45,897 bases of DNA. Source: Verrucomicrobiia bacterium. Lineage in GTDB: Bacteria > Verrucomicrobiota > Verrucomicrobiia > Limisphaerales > UBA11358. This document shows positions 1-8,354 of the stretch, one piece after another; the stretch's first letter is position 1; each line of letters starts with the position of its first letter. The position numbers and the translations under genes are program-made. Below the pieces are notes generated by a model, which ran no database searches, was not told the DNA's origin, and saw nothing but the letters and a program-made list of their open reading frames with translations. The DNA lies in NCBI GenBank assembly GCA_035503995.1, contig DATJSQ010000266.1, positions 1 to 45,897 on the forward strand, given 5' to 3'.

Positions 1-425
1 AACCCCTACAAGTTGCCGACGTCGAAGCATTGGCCAGGGCTAGCGTCAGCGACGACGTCATCATCGCCCAAATCCAGAATTCCCACACCGTTTATCATCT
101 AAGCACCGCGGACATCATTGGCCTTCATAATGCCGGCGTAAGCGACAGGGTGGTCAATTACATGATTAACACCGCCAATTCGCCGGGAGCCGCCGACACC
201 AGCGTGGTGGCAGCCGCGCCGCCGCCGCCGCAAACAGATGTCGTCGTCGCGGCCCCGGGGCCGGACTATGTCTGGGTGGACGGCGAGTGGCAATGGATCG
301 GCGGCACTTGGGTATGGGCCGGCGGTCATTGGATTCTTCCGCCCTATCCGCACGCCGTTTGGATTCATGGCGGCTGGTATCGCGGGCCTGGCGGTTGGTA
401 TTATCACCGCGGCTATTGGCGGTAA
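1..425 (+). CDS. YXWGXW-repeat (Trp/Gly/Tyr-rich) protein; 5' end lies outside the window
   Basis: The frame is open from nt 3, with no stop upstream of the TTG at 30. The C-terminal half has repeated YxWxxGxW-type units (YVWVDGEWQWIGGTWVWAGGHW ... GGWYYHRGYW) after a Pro/Ala linker. Confidence 0.65.
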   Translation, partial: PLQVADVEALARASVSDDVIIAQIQNSHTVYHLSTADIIGLHNAGVSDRVVNYMINTANSPGAADTSVVAAAPPPPQTDVVVAAPGPDYVWVDGEWQWIGGTWVWAGGHWILPPYPHAVWIHGGWYRGPGGWYYHRGYWR

Positions 426-643
426 CTGAACTCTGACCTTTGAACTGAACCCCGAAAGCTCTCGGGGCTGCCCGCTGGGTTGGTGGACCGTGGTCAAGTT
501 TGGCGTCGCCTTTCAAATCAAAAAGGCTCCAGCCCTTACATCCAGATGGGTTTAAAATACCGCTTCTGAAACCCGTAGGGTCAAAATTCTTGCGTGAAAA
601 GCGGCGGAAAACTTCGTGCCTGAAGGAACGGGCCGAGCCTGCT

Positions 644-3600
644 TCAAGGCGATACGCTTAGACGATAAAAACGTTGCGGGGAGTTGACGGCATTGGTGTC
701 GGATACCGTCAAGTTGGGGTTGGTGGCGATCAGCGGTTGGCCGAGGTCAATCCAGTTGGTCTGGAGCAGGTTCGTGGTGTATTGCACCTGATAGACCAAC
801 CCTGTGACCGTGTTCCATGTAAGATTGAAGGCGGTCGTTGTTTGTTGCGTCGCCTTAAACGCCGGACTCGAAAGCGGGGTCGCACTAATGTCGTCCAAGC
901 CGAGGTAGTAGGGTGTATCTTCAAATCCAAACTGTAGAACCGTGCTGGAACCGGAGGCGGTGACAATGAACTGCAAGTTCGTCCAACTGATAAATGGCAG
1001 GTTGGTCTGGTTGAAGAGCGTCGTTCCATTCCATTGCACGAGAAATTGATTGGGGGTGGCTCCCTCCGAATTGGCGGGATTCTCCAGCCACAGGGAGAGC
1101 AGATAATTCTGCCCCGGCGCCGTTGTCAGGGTTTGGGAAAGATAACCCAAGGAACCGCTTTGCCCCAGCGCCGCGCCGTAATTGCCCGATTGCACAAAAC
1201 TGCTGTCGGCGGTCACCAAATTGTATTTGCTGCTGCCATTCAGCGTCCAGTCGGAGAAATTGCCGGTTTCAAAACTGCCATTGCCCACGATTGACTGGCC
1301 GACATTGATGGTAAACGGCAGGCTCACCGCCACGCCCGTGGGGTTGGTTACCAGCACATCCGTCGTGTAAATGCCCGATGGCAGACCATCTGCCGCCACC
1401 GTCAGGCTCACCGTCATGGTCGTTTCAGCGCCGCCCGCCAAAGTGCCGCTGGACGGTGATGCCGTCAACCAAGACGGGAGGTTCAGGGCGTTCCACGGCA
1501 GCGAACTGCCGCTCTGGTTGCTCAACAGGTAATCTTGCGAGGTCACGCTAAATCCGCCGCCGACCGGACCCGAAGCCGCAAATCCATTGGTTGGCGAAAT
1601 CACCAGCGGCTGGTTGACTCGGAGCGTGAACAGCGCGTCCTGCGCAGCTGGCGACGTCCAGTTGGAAAAGATCAAGGTGGCTGGGTAAGTCCCCACCGCC
1701 AGATTGCCGGCCGTGGCGGTGAGGCTGCAGGCAAGAGTGGTTTGGGCCGCCGCCGCCAGTGTGCCGCCGGTCGCGGACACTTCAAGCCACGCCGAGGTAT
1801 TGACCAGCGACCACGTCAATGGGGAACTGGTGGCGTTGGTCAGTTGAAAAGTTCCGGAGGCGATGCTGAACGGGCCGCCCGCCACGCCGGTGGCGGCACC
1901 CGATAACGGAGAAACAATCAAAGCCTCGGAACCAGCCAGCGCGTTGATCAAACTTTGCCCCGCCGGAGTGCCCAGACCGGCGCAAAGATCGTAGCCGTTG
2001 GTGGCATAAAACAAATCCGGACTGCTCGACCACGTGTTATTGCCGGTCGTGATGTCGTGAAAACAACTGGCATAGTTTGGCGCCGCCGCCAGGGCGTAGA
2101 TGGCGGGATTGATGAATCCGACACCGGATTTTCCGTTGGCCGCCGCCTGCTGGTTGACCAGCGCCATGAAACCAGCCCATAACTGCGAGGCGCAACTCGT
2201 GCCGCCAAATTCACCGCTGTCACCATTCCCATAATCCACAAAGACATTGTCCGCCGTCAGCGCGACGTCAGGGACATTCCGAAAACCAGTCGAGCCTCCT
2301 CTGCCGGTCATGTTGTTGACGTTCGTCTGCCAGCTTGGAATTGAATAATAGCTGCTGATGCCGCCGCTGCTGCCGACATAACCATCGTCGCTCGATACAT
2401 AACCCCAGTTCCAGACAGTCTCCGAAGCGTAGGAAGCGCCCGTGCCATTCATCGTCAAGGTGGTTCCGCCTACTTGCGTAATGTAGGGGCTGCTCGCCGG
2501 CGCATTTTGCAGGGAAGGGTTGTCAACGCCGTTGACCGAGTTGGCCCCGGTGGTGAAGGCGTCGCTGTCGCCGGAAGAGTCGAAAAACGATTGGCCCACC
2601 GCCTCCATGCTTTTGAAGATGTCGTCCGTGGTCGTACTCGGTCCGCCGCCCCAACCCCAGGAACAACCCAAATTTTTCACTGTGCCGCTGTAGGATAGCA
2701 TGGAGTTGAGAACATCATTGGGCTGCCCGTCCGGTCCGGCTTCAAACGAGACGATCCGGGAAAGTCCCGGGGCCATGGCCATCCCCATTTCAATGTCCAG
2801 TGAAACTTCGGGGTTGCCGCTGTCGCTGCCGGTGGTCGGCGTGCCGTTGTAGCCATCCAGTAAGACCGTTTGGATGACAATGTTGGTTCGCCCGCTTCCG
2901 GCTGCCATCGCGTAAGCCGCGATGTCGTTGGAATAAAATCCGTCGAATTCCAGCACCCCGGCCATTTGTCCCGCGCCAGTCAGCGTCACCCCCGGTGCAT
3001 AGGCATTGCGAAAATCATTGCCGAAATAGGCCCCGGCTCCGTCGGGCGAAGAGCCGCCTTTGGGCGTGGCGTTCACCGTTTCTAACCGGTGCAGCCTGGG
3101 GTGCGGCCGCCAGAAATCGCTCAAACCTTCAACGTCGGCCACCGGCAAGGCCGCGTCCACTGTTGGCTCGGTATCCGGCGCATAGAAATCGCGCGCCTCG
3201 GTCGGGTGCCGGTAAACCCGCAGCGTAACGTGGAACGCCTTTTCGATCGCCGCCGCCGGACCCGCCACGTCCAGAACGAGCCGGTTCCTGTAAGTGGCGG
3301 TGAGAGCCAGGCCGTTCGTCCGCGCAAAATCTTTCACCGCAGCGTAATCCGATTCCGTCGGGCCGAACCGCGCTGTGAACTCCTCCAGCGTCAGGAATTG
3401 ATGATACATCGGACTGGCCGGGTCGTAAACTTGCGCCAGAAAAGTGTCCAGGCCAGCCGGGTCACGCAACGGCAGGCCGATGGCAAGCCGCAACTGGTTG
3501 GTCGGCGCCAGTTGCCCGTTGGGCGTGAGACTCGAAATGACGTTGGGCACGTGACCGTCCAAAACCTTCAAATTCCCGCCAAAAACAAAACACCTTCCGC

Positions 3601-3655
3601 ACAGTAGTAAAACCCCCATCGCGGCCCAACACACTCTCACACGGATCATTTTCAA
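644..3655 (-). CDS. Secreted S53 (sedolisin/kumamolisin-type) serine peptidase with Ig-like repeats, a jelly-roll module and a C-terminal beta-sandwich
   Basis: 1003-aa ORF with signal peptide MKMIRVRVCWAAMGVLLLCG and an N-terminal pro-kumamolisin-like prodomain. It carries SGDSD and GGTSCASQLWAGF (catalytic Ser context) motifs and two homologous ~85-aa segments (..WLEVSATGGTLAA.. / ..WLTASPSSGTLAG..). A GNGSFETGNFSDW jelly-roll start and a terminal YQVQYTTNL...RFYRL module follow. Confidence 0.85.
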   Translation of the reverse strand: MKMIRVRVCWAAMGVLLLCGRCFVFGGNLKVLDGHVPNVISSLTPNGQLAPTNQLRLAIGLPLRDPAGLDTFLAQVYDPASPMYHQFLTLEEFTARFGPTESDYAAVKDFARTNGLALTATYRNRLVLDVAGPAAAIEKAFHVTLRVYRHPTEARDFYAPDTEPTVDAALPVADVEGLSDFWRPHPRLHRLETVNATPKGGSSPDGAGAYFGNDFRNAYAPGVTLTGAGQMAGVLEFDGFYSNDIAAYAMAAGSGRTNIVIQTVLLDGYNGTPTTGSDSGNPEVSLDIEMGMAMAPGLSRIVSFEAGPDGQPNDVLNSMLSYSGTVKNLGCSWGWGGGPSTTTDDIFKSMEAVGQSFFDSSGDSDAFTTGANSVNGVDNPSLQNAPASSPYITQVGGTTLTMNGTGASYASETVWNWGYVSSDDGYVGSSGGISSYYSIPSWQTNVNNMTGRGGSTGFRNVPDVALTADNVFVDYGNGDSGEFGGTSCASQLWAGFMALVNQQAAANGKSGVGFINPAIYALAAAPNYASCFHDITTGNNTWSSSPDLFYATNGYDLCAGLGTPAGQSLINALAGSEALIVSPLSGAATGVAGGPFSIASGTFQLTNATSSPLTWSLVNTSAWLEVSATGGTLAAAAQTTLACSLTATAGNLAVGTYPATLIFSNWTSPAAQDALFTLRVNQPLVISPTNGFAASGPVGGGFSVTSQDYLLSNQSGSSLPWNALNLPSWLTASPSSGTLAGGAETTMTVSLTVAADGLPSGIYTTDVLVTNPTGVAVSLPFTINVGQSIVGNGSFETGNFSDWTLNGSSKYNLVTADSSFVQSGNYGAALGQSGSLGYLSQTLTTAPGQNYLLSLWLENPANSEGATPNQFLVQWNGTTLFNQTNLPFISWTNLQFIVTASGSSTVLQFGFEDTPYYLGLDDISATPLSSPAFKATQQTTTAFNLTWNTVTGLVYQVQYTTNLLQTNWIDLGQPLIATNPNLTVSDTNAVNSPQRFYRLSVSP

Positions 3656-4003
3656 AGTCTATCCTGTTTCATCACCGGATTCGGTAAAATTCAGCACACT
3701 ACGTTCCAAAGAAGCAGCATGAGCGGGGGAAACATAATTCACCACCACGCAAAGTCAATTTTCTTAACTGGATAAACGTGACAGGGTTGCGCGCTATGCC
3801 GGAACTCCCGCCGCTCACCAAGGCCACCGCCATTGAATGGGCTGCAAAAGCCGTCGTGCCCATCATCTTGCTCACCGACCCCCGCGAGTGGAACACTGTC
3901 CCGATCCCGCCCTGCAACACATCGCCAAACAAGCCGGTGTCAAAAGCCGCGCCACCTTTCCTTGCGAACCAATGAATGGCGATCCCCTTGTGAATAACTT
4001 TGC

Positions 4004-4711
4004 TTAATTTGGGATAAAAATTGCGAACAATTCACCCCTGATTGCCTTTGCCGTGGCCAGCTTGAAAGGCGCCGCTCCCGCCAATTTCAGAGAACCTTTC
4101 CCGTCCGCAATCGTCGGCGCGCGGCGGTCGCCAAAGACTTTCGGGCAAATGGTGAGATGCAATTCGTCCACCAGGCCGCCGCGGACCAACGCGCTGTGAA
4201 GTTCGCCGCCGCCTTCGCACAGCAACCGCCGGACGTTCCATTTTTGCCGCAGCCAACCGAATGCCGCGCGAAAATCCACTTCGCGTTGGCCAAAAATTTC
4301 CACGTCCGCCACCGCCCGCAGTGATTTCAATTTCGTCCTGGAAATCCGTTCAGTGGTCAAAACAATCACCGGCGAAAAGCGCTGTTTGAAAATCCCGGCG
4401 TCCGGCTCAATCGAACCAGACCCGCTGGCAATGACGCGCAATGGAAACTCCGCCAGTCCGTGTTTCAGTCGTTGCTTCCGGAAATTGTCACCGCCATTTC
4501 CGAGAACCGCTCCGGTCACGGCCACCGTCCGCGCGCCGCAAAGCACTGCATCCGCCGTGGCCCGCAAATCCATCATGTGCCGGCGATCACGCGCGCTTCC
4601 GAATGGCACAAAATGGTCCCTGGCAAACGCTATTTTTCCATCCGCCGTCATGGCAAAGTTGGAGAGCACAAACGGCAATTTGGGACTCGGACCTGCAGGC
4701 TTGCGGTTCAT
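4004..4711 (-). CDS. RibD C-terminal domain (dihydrofolate-reductase-like) pyrimidine reductase family protein
   Basis: FVLSNFAMTADGKIA, LRATADAVLCGARTV, LLCEGGGELHSAL and DELHLTICPKVFG match the RibD_C fold. I chose the ATG at 4711, which gives an ATGA overlap with the queA stop; the longer ORF to 4801 would overlap queA by 94 nt. Confidence 0.75.
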   Translation of the reverse strand: MNRKPAGPSPKLPFVLSNFAMTADGKIAFARDHFVPFGSARDRRHMMDLRATADAVLCGARTVAVTGAVLGNGGDNFRKQRLKHGLAEFPLRVIASGSGSIEPDAGIFKQRFSPVIVLTTERISRTKLKSLRAVADVEIFGQREVDFRAAFGWLRQKWNVRRLLCEGGGELHSALVRGGLVDELHLTICPKVFGDRRAPTIADGKGSLKLAGAAPFKLATAKAIRGELFAIFIPN

Positions 4712-5781
4712 AAAATCAACATGGCGTCGCCGTAACTGAAAAAGCGATAACGTTCGCGAATCGCCTCCGCATACGCCGACAAAATCAGTTCGCGCCCGCA
4801 AATTTTTCCCGGGGTGGCGAAGGCGCTGACGAGCATGAGCAAAGTCGAACAGGGCAGATGAAAATTGGTCAGCAACGCGTCCACCACTTGGAATCGAAAC
4901 GGCGGATAAATGAAGATATTCGTTTTACCCGCATGAACATTGACTTTTCCGGCATTTTGCGCGGCGACGCTTTCCAACGCGCGCACCGTTGTCGTGCCCA
5001 CGGCGATACAGCGGTTGCCCGATTTTTTTGCATCGGTGATCGCGCGAACCGTTTCCTCTCCCAATTCAAACCGTTCTTCGTGCATTTTATGTTCGGACAA
5101 ATTTTCGGTTTTTACCGGCAAAAACGTTCCCGGTCCCACGTGCAAGGTTACAAAGCATATTTGAACGCCAAGTGCGCGGATTTCGGCGAGTATCTTTTCG
5201 GTGAAATGCAGTCCCGCTGTCGGCGCGGCCACCGAGCCGGGCGGTTTGGCAAACACCGTTTGATAACGCTCCTTATCATCCGCAACCTCGTGGTCACGGC
5301 GAATGTATGGCGGCAACGGCATTTCTCCCAGTTCACCCAACCGGCATTTTATATCTCCGCCGTTAAATTGCAGCCGAACATTTCCCTCGATGCTTTTTTC
5401 AAGCACAGTCGCGAGGGTTTTTGGTCCTCCGCTTTCCGCGCTTCGTTTTTGCACGATGATTTCCGTACCAATCCGGGCGTTCTTGCCGGGACGGATCATC
5501 GCCAACCAATCATTCGGCGCATACTCTTCAATTAGCAGAATCTCGAATTTCCCGCCGGTTTTCGCATTGATTCCGCGCAAACGCGCCGGAATGACCCGTG
5601 AATTATTCAACACCAGCACATCCCCCGGTTGAAGGAAGCGCGGAAAATCCGAAAACCCTTTATGTTCAAGGCGGCGTTGCTGCCGATGGAGGACCAAAAG
5701 CCGGGATTGGCTTCGCTCAGCGGCGGGAAGTTGCGCGATCAAATCCTGGGGCAAGTCGAATTGAAAATCCGCGGTTCGCAT
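4708..5781 (-). CDS. queA: S-adenosylmethionine:tRNA ribosyltransferase-isomerase
   Basis: N-terminus MRTADFQFDLPQDLIAQ matches the QueA start. Also LLVLNNSRVIPARL, PLPPYI, YQTVFA, GSVAAPTAGLHFT, VTLHVGPGTF and FFSYGDAMLI. Confidence 0.93.
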   Translation of the reverse strand: MRTADFQFDLPQDLIAQLPAAERSQSRLLVLHRQQRRLEHKGFSDFPRFLQPGDVLVLNNSRVIPARLRGINAKTGGKFEILLIEEYAPNDWLAMIRPGKNARIGTEIIVQKRSAESGGPKTLATVLEKSIEGNVRLQFNGGDIKCRLGELGEMPLPPYIRRDHEVADDKERYQTVFAKPPGSVAAPTAGLHFTEKILAEIRALGVQICFVTLHVGPGTFLPVKTENLSEHKMHEERFELGEETVRAITDAKKSGNRCIAVGTTTVRALESVAAQNAGKVNVHAGKTNIFIYPPFRFQVVDALLTNFHLPCSTLLMLVSAFATPGKICGRELILSAYAEAIRERYRFFSYGDAMLIL

Positions 5782-5917
5782 CGGCAAACAGCCTGACAGC
5801 ATTCTGGATTGAAAAAAAGATTGAAAAAATGAGGATTTGCAATCGGGGATTTGCTGCTATAGTTTGGATTGTGAATAACTTCTGAATAACCGCCCATTTT
5901 TTGGCATCATTTTTTTG

Positions 5918-5961
5918 TTGACGCGGAGGGGCGAAGTGGGTAAAAGTGTAGCGTTGTGGGT
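5918..5961 (+). promoter_or_regulatory. Candidate dcw promoter with phased MraZ-type operator boxes
   Basis: TTGACG at 5918-5923, a 17-nt spacer, then TAAAAG at 5941-5946. Pentamers GAGGG (5926), GTGGG (5936), GTGTA (5946) and GTGGG (5956) sit at exactly 10-bp spacing, with an in-phase GTGGA at 5986. Confidence 0.5.
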
Positions 5962-5994
5962 CGTTAGGCAGTTTTCTGTTTGGTTGTGGATAAC

Positions 5995-6459
5995 ATGAGC
6001 GCTCAGCGCACATCTGAACCGAGTTATTATAATTCATGCTACCGGCATGGCGTGGATGAGAAGCGGCGCGTCCAAATCCCCGCCAAATGGCGGCCAGCCC
6101 GCGAAGGCACGGAACTGACGCTGGTCGTCTGGCCCAAGCATCAGGCCGGAACATGCCTGCGGGTACTTCCGCCAGATCAAATGGCGAAGATGAAGGCCGA
6201 CATTGACGCCATGCCGAACAGCGATGGAAACAAGGTCATTTTGAAGCGGTTTATCGGCAGCGAATCCACGCAGGTGGCGCTTGATAAAGCCGGCAGGATT
6301 TGTTTGCCGGAGGAAATGGCGCGGGCCGCGGGCATCAAAGATGAAGCGGTGCTGGTGGGGTTGCTTGACCGGTTTGAAATTTGGAATCCGAGCCGTTACG
6401 AAAACGTCAAGGCCGCCGACGTGGTGCTCGCGTCGGAAGCCTTCAAGCTGATGGAGTAA
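5995..6459 (+). CDS. mraZ: Transcriptional regulator MraZ
   Basis: Two SpoVT/AbrB-like halves: VDEKRRVQIPAKWR and LDKAGRICLPEEM. First gene of the dcw cluster. The ATG at 5995 is preferred over the TTG at 5980. Confidence 0.9.
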   Translation: MSAQRTSEPSYYNSCYRHGVDEKRRVQIPAKWRPAREGTELTLVVWPKHQAGTCLRVLPPDQMAKMKADIDAMPNSDGNKVILKRFIGSESTQVALDKAGRICLPEEMARAAGIKDEAVLVGLLDRFEIWNPSRYENVKAADVVLASEAFKLME

Positions 6460-6462
6460 TCT

Positions 6463-6951
6463 ATGAACATTGGAAAACTATTGGCGGTTGGAAAAAGTAT
6501 TGTGAACGGGCGGGCGGAAATTGCCTACCGCGCCGACAAACAATTTTATCTGCCCAAGTTTGGGCAGAGAAATCCGTTTAACAAGGCGCCCGCCGAAGCC
6601 CCACCCGCCCCGGCAAAAAACGAGCCAGTAGCTTCGCAACAGGAGGCGATGGAATCCAGCCACACCATTAATGGTAAAAGCGCGGGATCCACCGAATGGA
6701 ACGCGCTGCGGCCGGGACCAGGGCGCTCCAGCCAAAACGCGCCGCCCGGCAATGGCACTGAGCCACGCCGCGCGACAGGTCCGACCATCCAACCCGAACT
6801 GTCTCTGGATGCCGTCAAGGTGGTGAACAATGATTTAAGCGACGCGGACGTGGAAGTGGTGCCGTTGAAATCGCGGGCGGCCGAATTGCCGCCGCCGAAA
6901 AAATCATGGGAAATTCTGGGTGAACGGCTTTTGAAGGCGACGGCGCTTTAA
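6463..6951 (+). CDS. Hypothetical Pro/Ala-rich protein inserted between mraZ and rsmH
   Basis: 162-aa ORF starting 4 nt after the mraZ stop and ending 18 nt before rsmH. I recognise no family. It is low-complexity in the centre, with a more ordered C-terminus (LSLDAVKVVNNDLSDADVEVVPLK). Confidence 0.5.
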   Translation: MNIGKLLAVGKSIVNGRAEIAYRADKQFYLPKFGQRNPFNKAPAEAPPAPAKNEPVASQQEAMESSHTINGKSAGSTEWNALRPGPGRSSQNAPPGNGTEPRRATGPTIQPELSLDAVKVVNNDLSDADVEVVPLKSRAAELPPPKKSWEILGERLLKATAL

Positions 6952-6969
6952 TTTTAAAAAACATGCGCA

Positions 6970-7902
6970 GTGCTCGAATTCATTCACAAAACAGTGATGG
7001 TGGCGGAGGCGGTGAACGCCCTGCAGCCGAAGGCGGGCGGCCGATACGCCGATGGCACGGTCGGTGGAGCCGGGCACGCTCGGAGAATTTTAGCCGCGAG
7101 TTCGCCGACTGGATGGCTGTATGGGTGCGATCGCGATGGCGCCGCGGTTGAGGCCGCCCAACAGCGTCTCGCCGCGGAATTTGCCGGTCGTTTTGAAATC
7201 CGCCGCGCCAATTTTTCGGCGATGGCGGACTGGATACCGGCGGCGAGCTGCGACGGGGTGATATTGGACCTGGGTACCAGCTCGCCGCAACTGGATTGGG
7301 CCGGGCGCGGATTTAGTTTTCAAAACGACGGTCCGCTGGACATGCGCATGGATGACCGGCAAACGCTGACGGCGGCGGATCTGGTGAACGGCGCGAGCGA
7401 AGCCGACCTGGCGGCAATTTTATGGGACTACGGCGGTGAGCGCGAGTCGCGACGGATGGCCAAAGCCATCGTTCACGACCGGGTCCAAAGAAAATTTGAG
7501 ACGACGAGGCAGTTGGCGGAATTAATCGAGCGTCTATCCCCGCGGCGCGGGAGAAAGACGCATCCGGCGACAAAAGTTTTTCAAGCGCTGCGGATGGCGG
7601 TGAACGATGAGATAAGCTCTTTGAAACTCGGGTTGGAAGCAGCGTTGAAGATTTTGAAGCCGGGCGGACGGCTGGCGGTGATTACCTTCCACTCGCTGGA
7701 AGACCGGGTGGTGAAGGAATTTGGCCGCGAAAAGACGCGCGATTACACGTTTAGGGGCGAGGTGGACGTGCCGGAATTGCGGGCGCCCCGCGCCCCGGAG
7801 ATGAGATGGTTTAGCCGCAAGGCGATCGCGCCCGGCGCAATGGAAGTAACGGAAAATCCGCGCAGCCGCAGCGCGCAACTGCGCGTGTTGGAAAAAATTT
7901 AA
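6970..7902 (+). CDS. rsmH: 16S rRNA (cytosine1402-N4)-methyltransferase
   Basis: DGTVGGAGHA, LDLGTSSPQLD, GPLDMRMD, ITFHSLEDR and NPRSRSAQLRVLEK motifs. GTG start. Confidence 0.93.
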   Translation: MLEFIHKTVMVAEAVNALQPKAGGRYADGTVGGAGHARRILAASSPTGWLYGCDRDGAAVEAAQQRLAAEFAGRFEIRRANFSAMADWIPAASCDGVILDLGTSSPQLDWAGRGFSFQNDGPLDMRMDDRQTLTAADLVNGASEADLAAILWDYGGERESRRMAKAIVHDRVQRKFETTRQLAELIERLSPRRGRKTHPATKVFQALRMAVNDEISSLKLGLEAALKILKPGGRLAVITFHSLEDRVVKEFGREKTRDYTFRGEVDVPELRAPRAPEMRWFSRKAIAPGAMEVTENPRSRSAQLRVLEKI

Positions 7903-7903
7903 A

Positions 7904-8281
7904 ATGGCCAGAAATCGAAAAAACCAATCGGCAGCCATCCAGTTCGGACCGGCGCTGAAGGCGTTGTTTTTATGTTTTATGATTGCGGGTTCGGCGGTCG
8001 GCTATGTCTGGCAGAAAGGGCAGATTTTTGCGCTGGGCCGGGAAATCCGGCAGGACGAAACCTGCCTGTCCCAATTGCGGAACGAGGACCAGCGGCTTTC
8101 CGACCAGCTTGCGATCTTGCGTTCGCCGGTGGTGTTGGACCAGCGGGCGCGCGAATTGAACCTGGGACTGGGGCCGGCGCAGCCGGCGCAGGTCTGGCGG
8201 CTGCCGGAACCTGCCGCCGCGCCGGGGCAAAATGCCTCGCGCCAGCTCGCGCCGTGGCAAACCGCCGAAGCCACGCAATGA
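7904..8281 (+). CDS. ftsL: Cell division protein FtsL-like (single TM plus coiled coil)
   Basis: 125 aa. A TM segment (ALFLCFMIAGSAVGYVW) is followed by a heptad-like region (LSQLRNEDQRLSDQLAIL). It sits between rsmH and ftsI. Confidence 0.7.
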   Translation: MARNRKNQSAAIQFGPALKALFLCFMIAGSAVGYVWQKGQIFALGREIRQDETCLSQLRNEDQRLSDQLAILRSPVVLDQRARELNLGLGPAQPAQVWRLPEPAAAPGQNASRQLAPWQTAEATQ

Positions 8282-8354
8282 AAATGAATTTGGCCGCCGC
8301 TCGTGACGCCGTCGGGTGAGGAACCGATCGCCGCGAGCGGCCGGCCCGTTTGAA

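Noticed and set aside
3656-4003. tmRNA, RNase P RNA or SRP RNA in the 348-bp gap
   Set aside because: No GGTTCGA-type T-arm or CCA end, no GAGGAAAGTCC-type P4 strand and no GGAAGGAAGCAGC SRP domain IV motif on either strand.
4712-4801. Longer start for the RibD-C-type gene (ORF called from 4801)
   Set aside because: The extension overlaps the queA 3' end by 94 nt and encodes Arg-rich sequence. The ATG at 4711 gives a classic ATGA coupling with queA.
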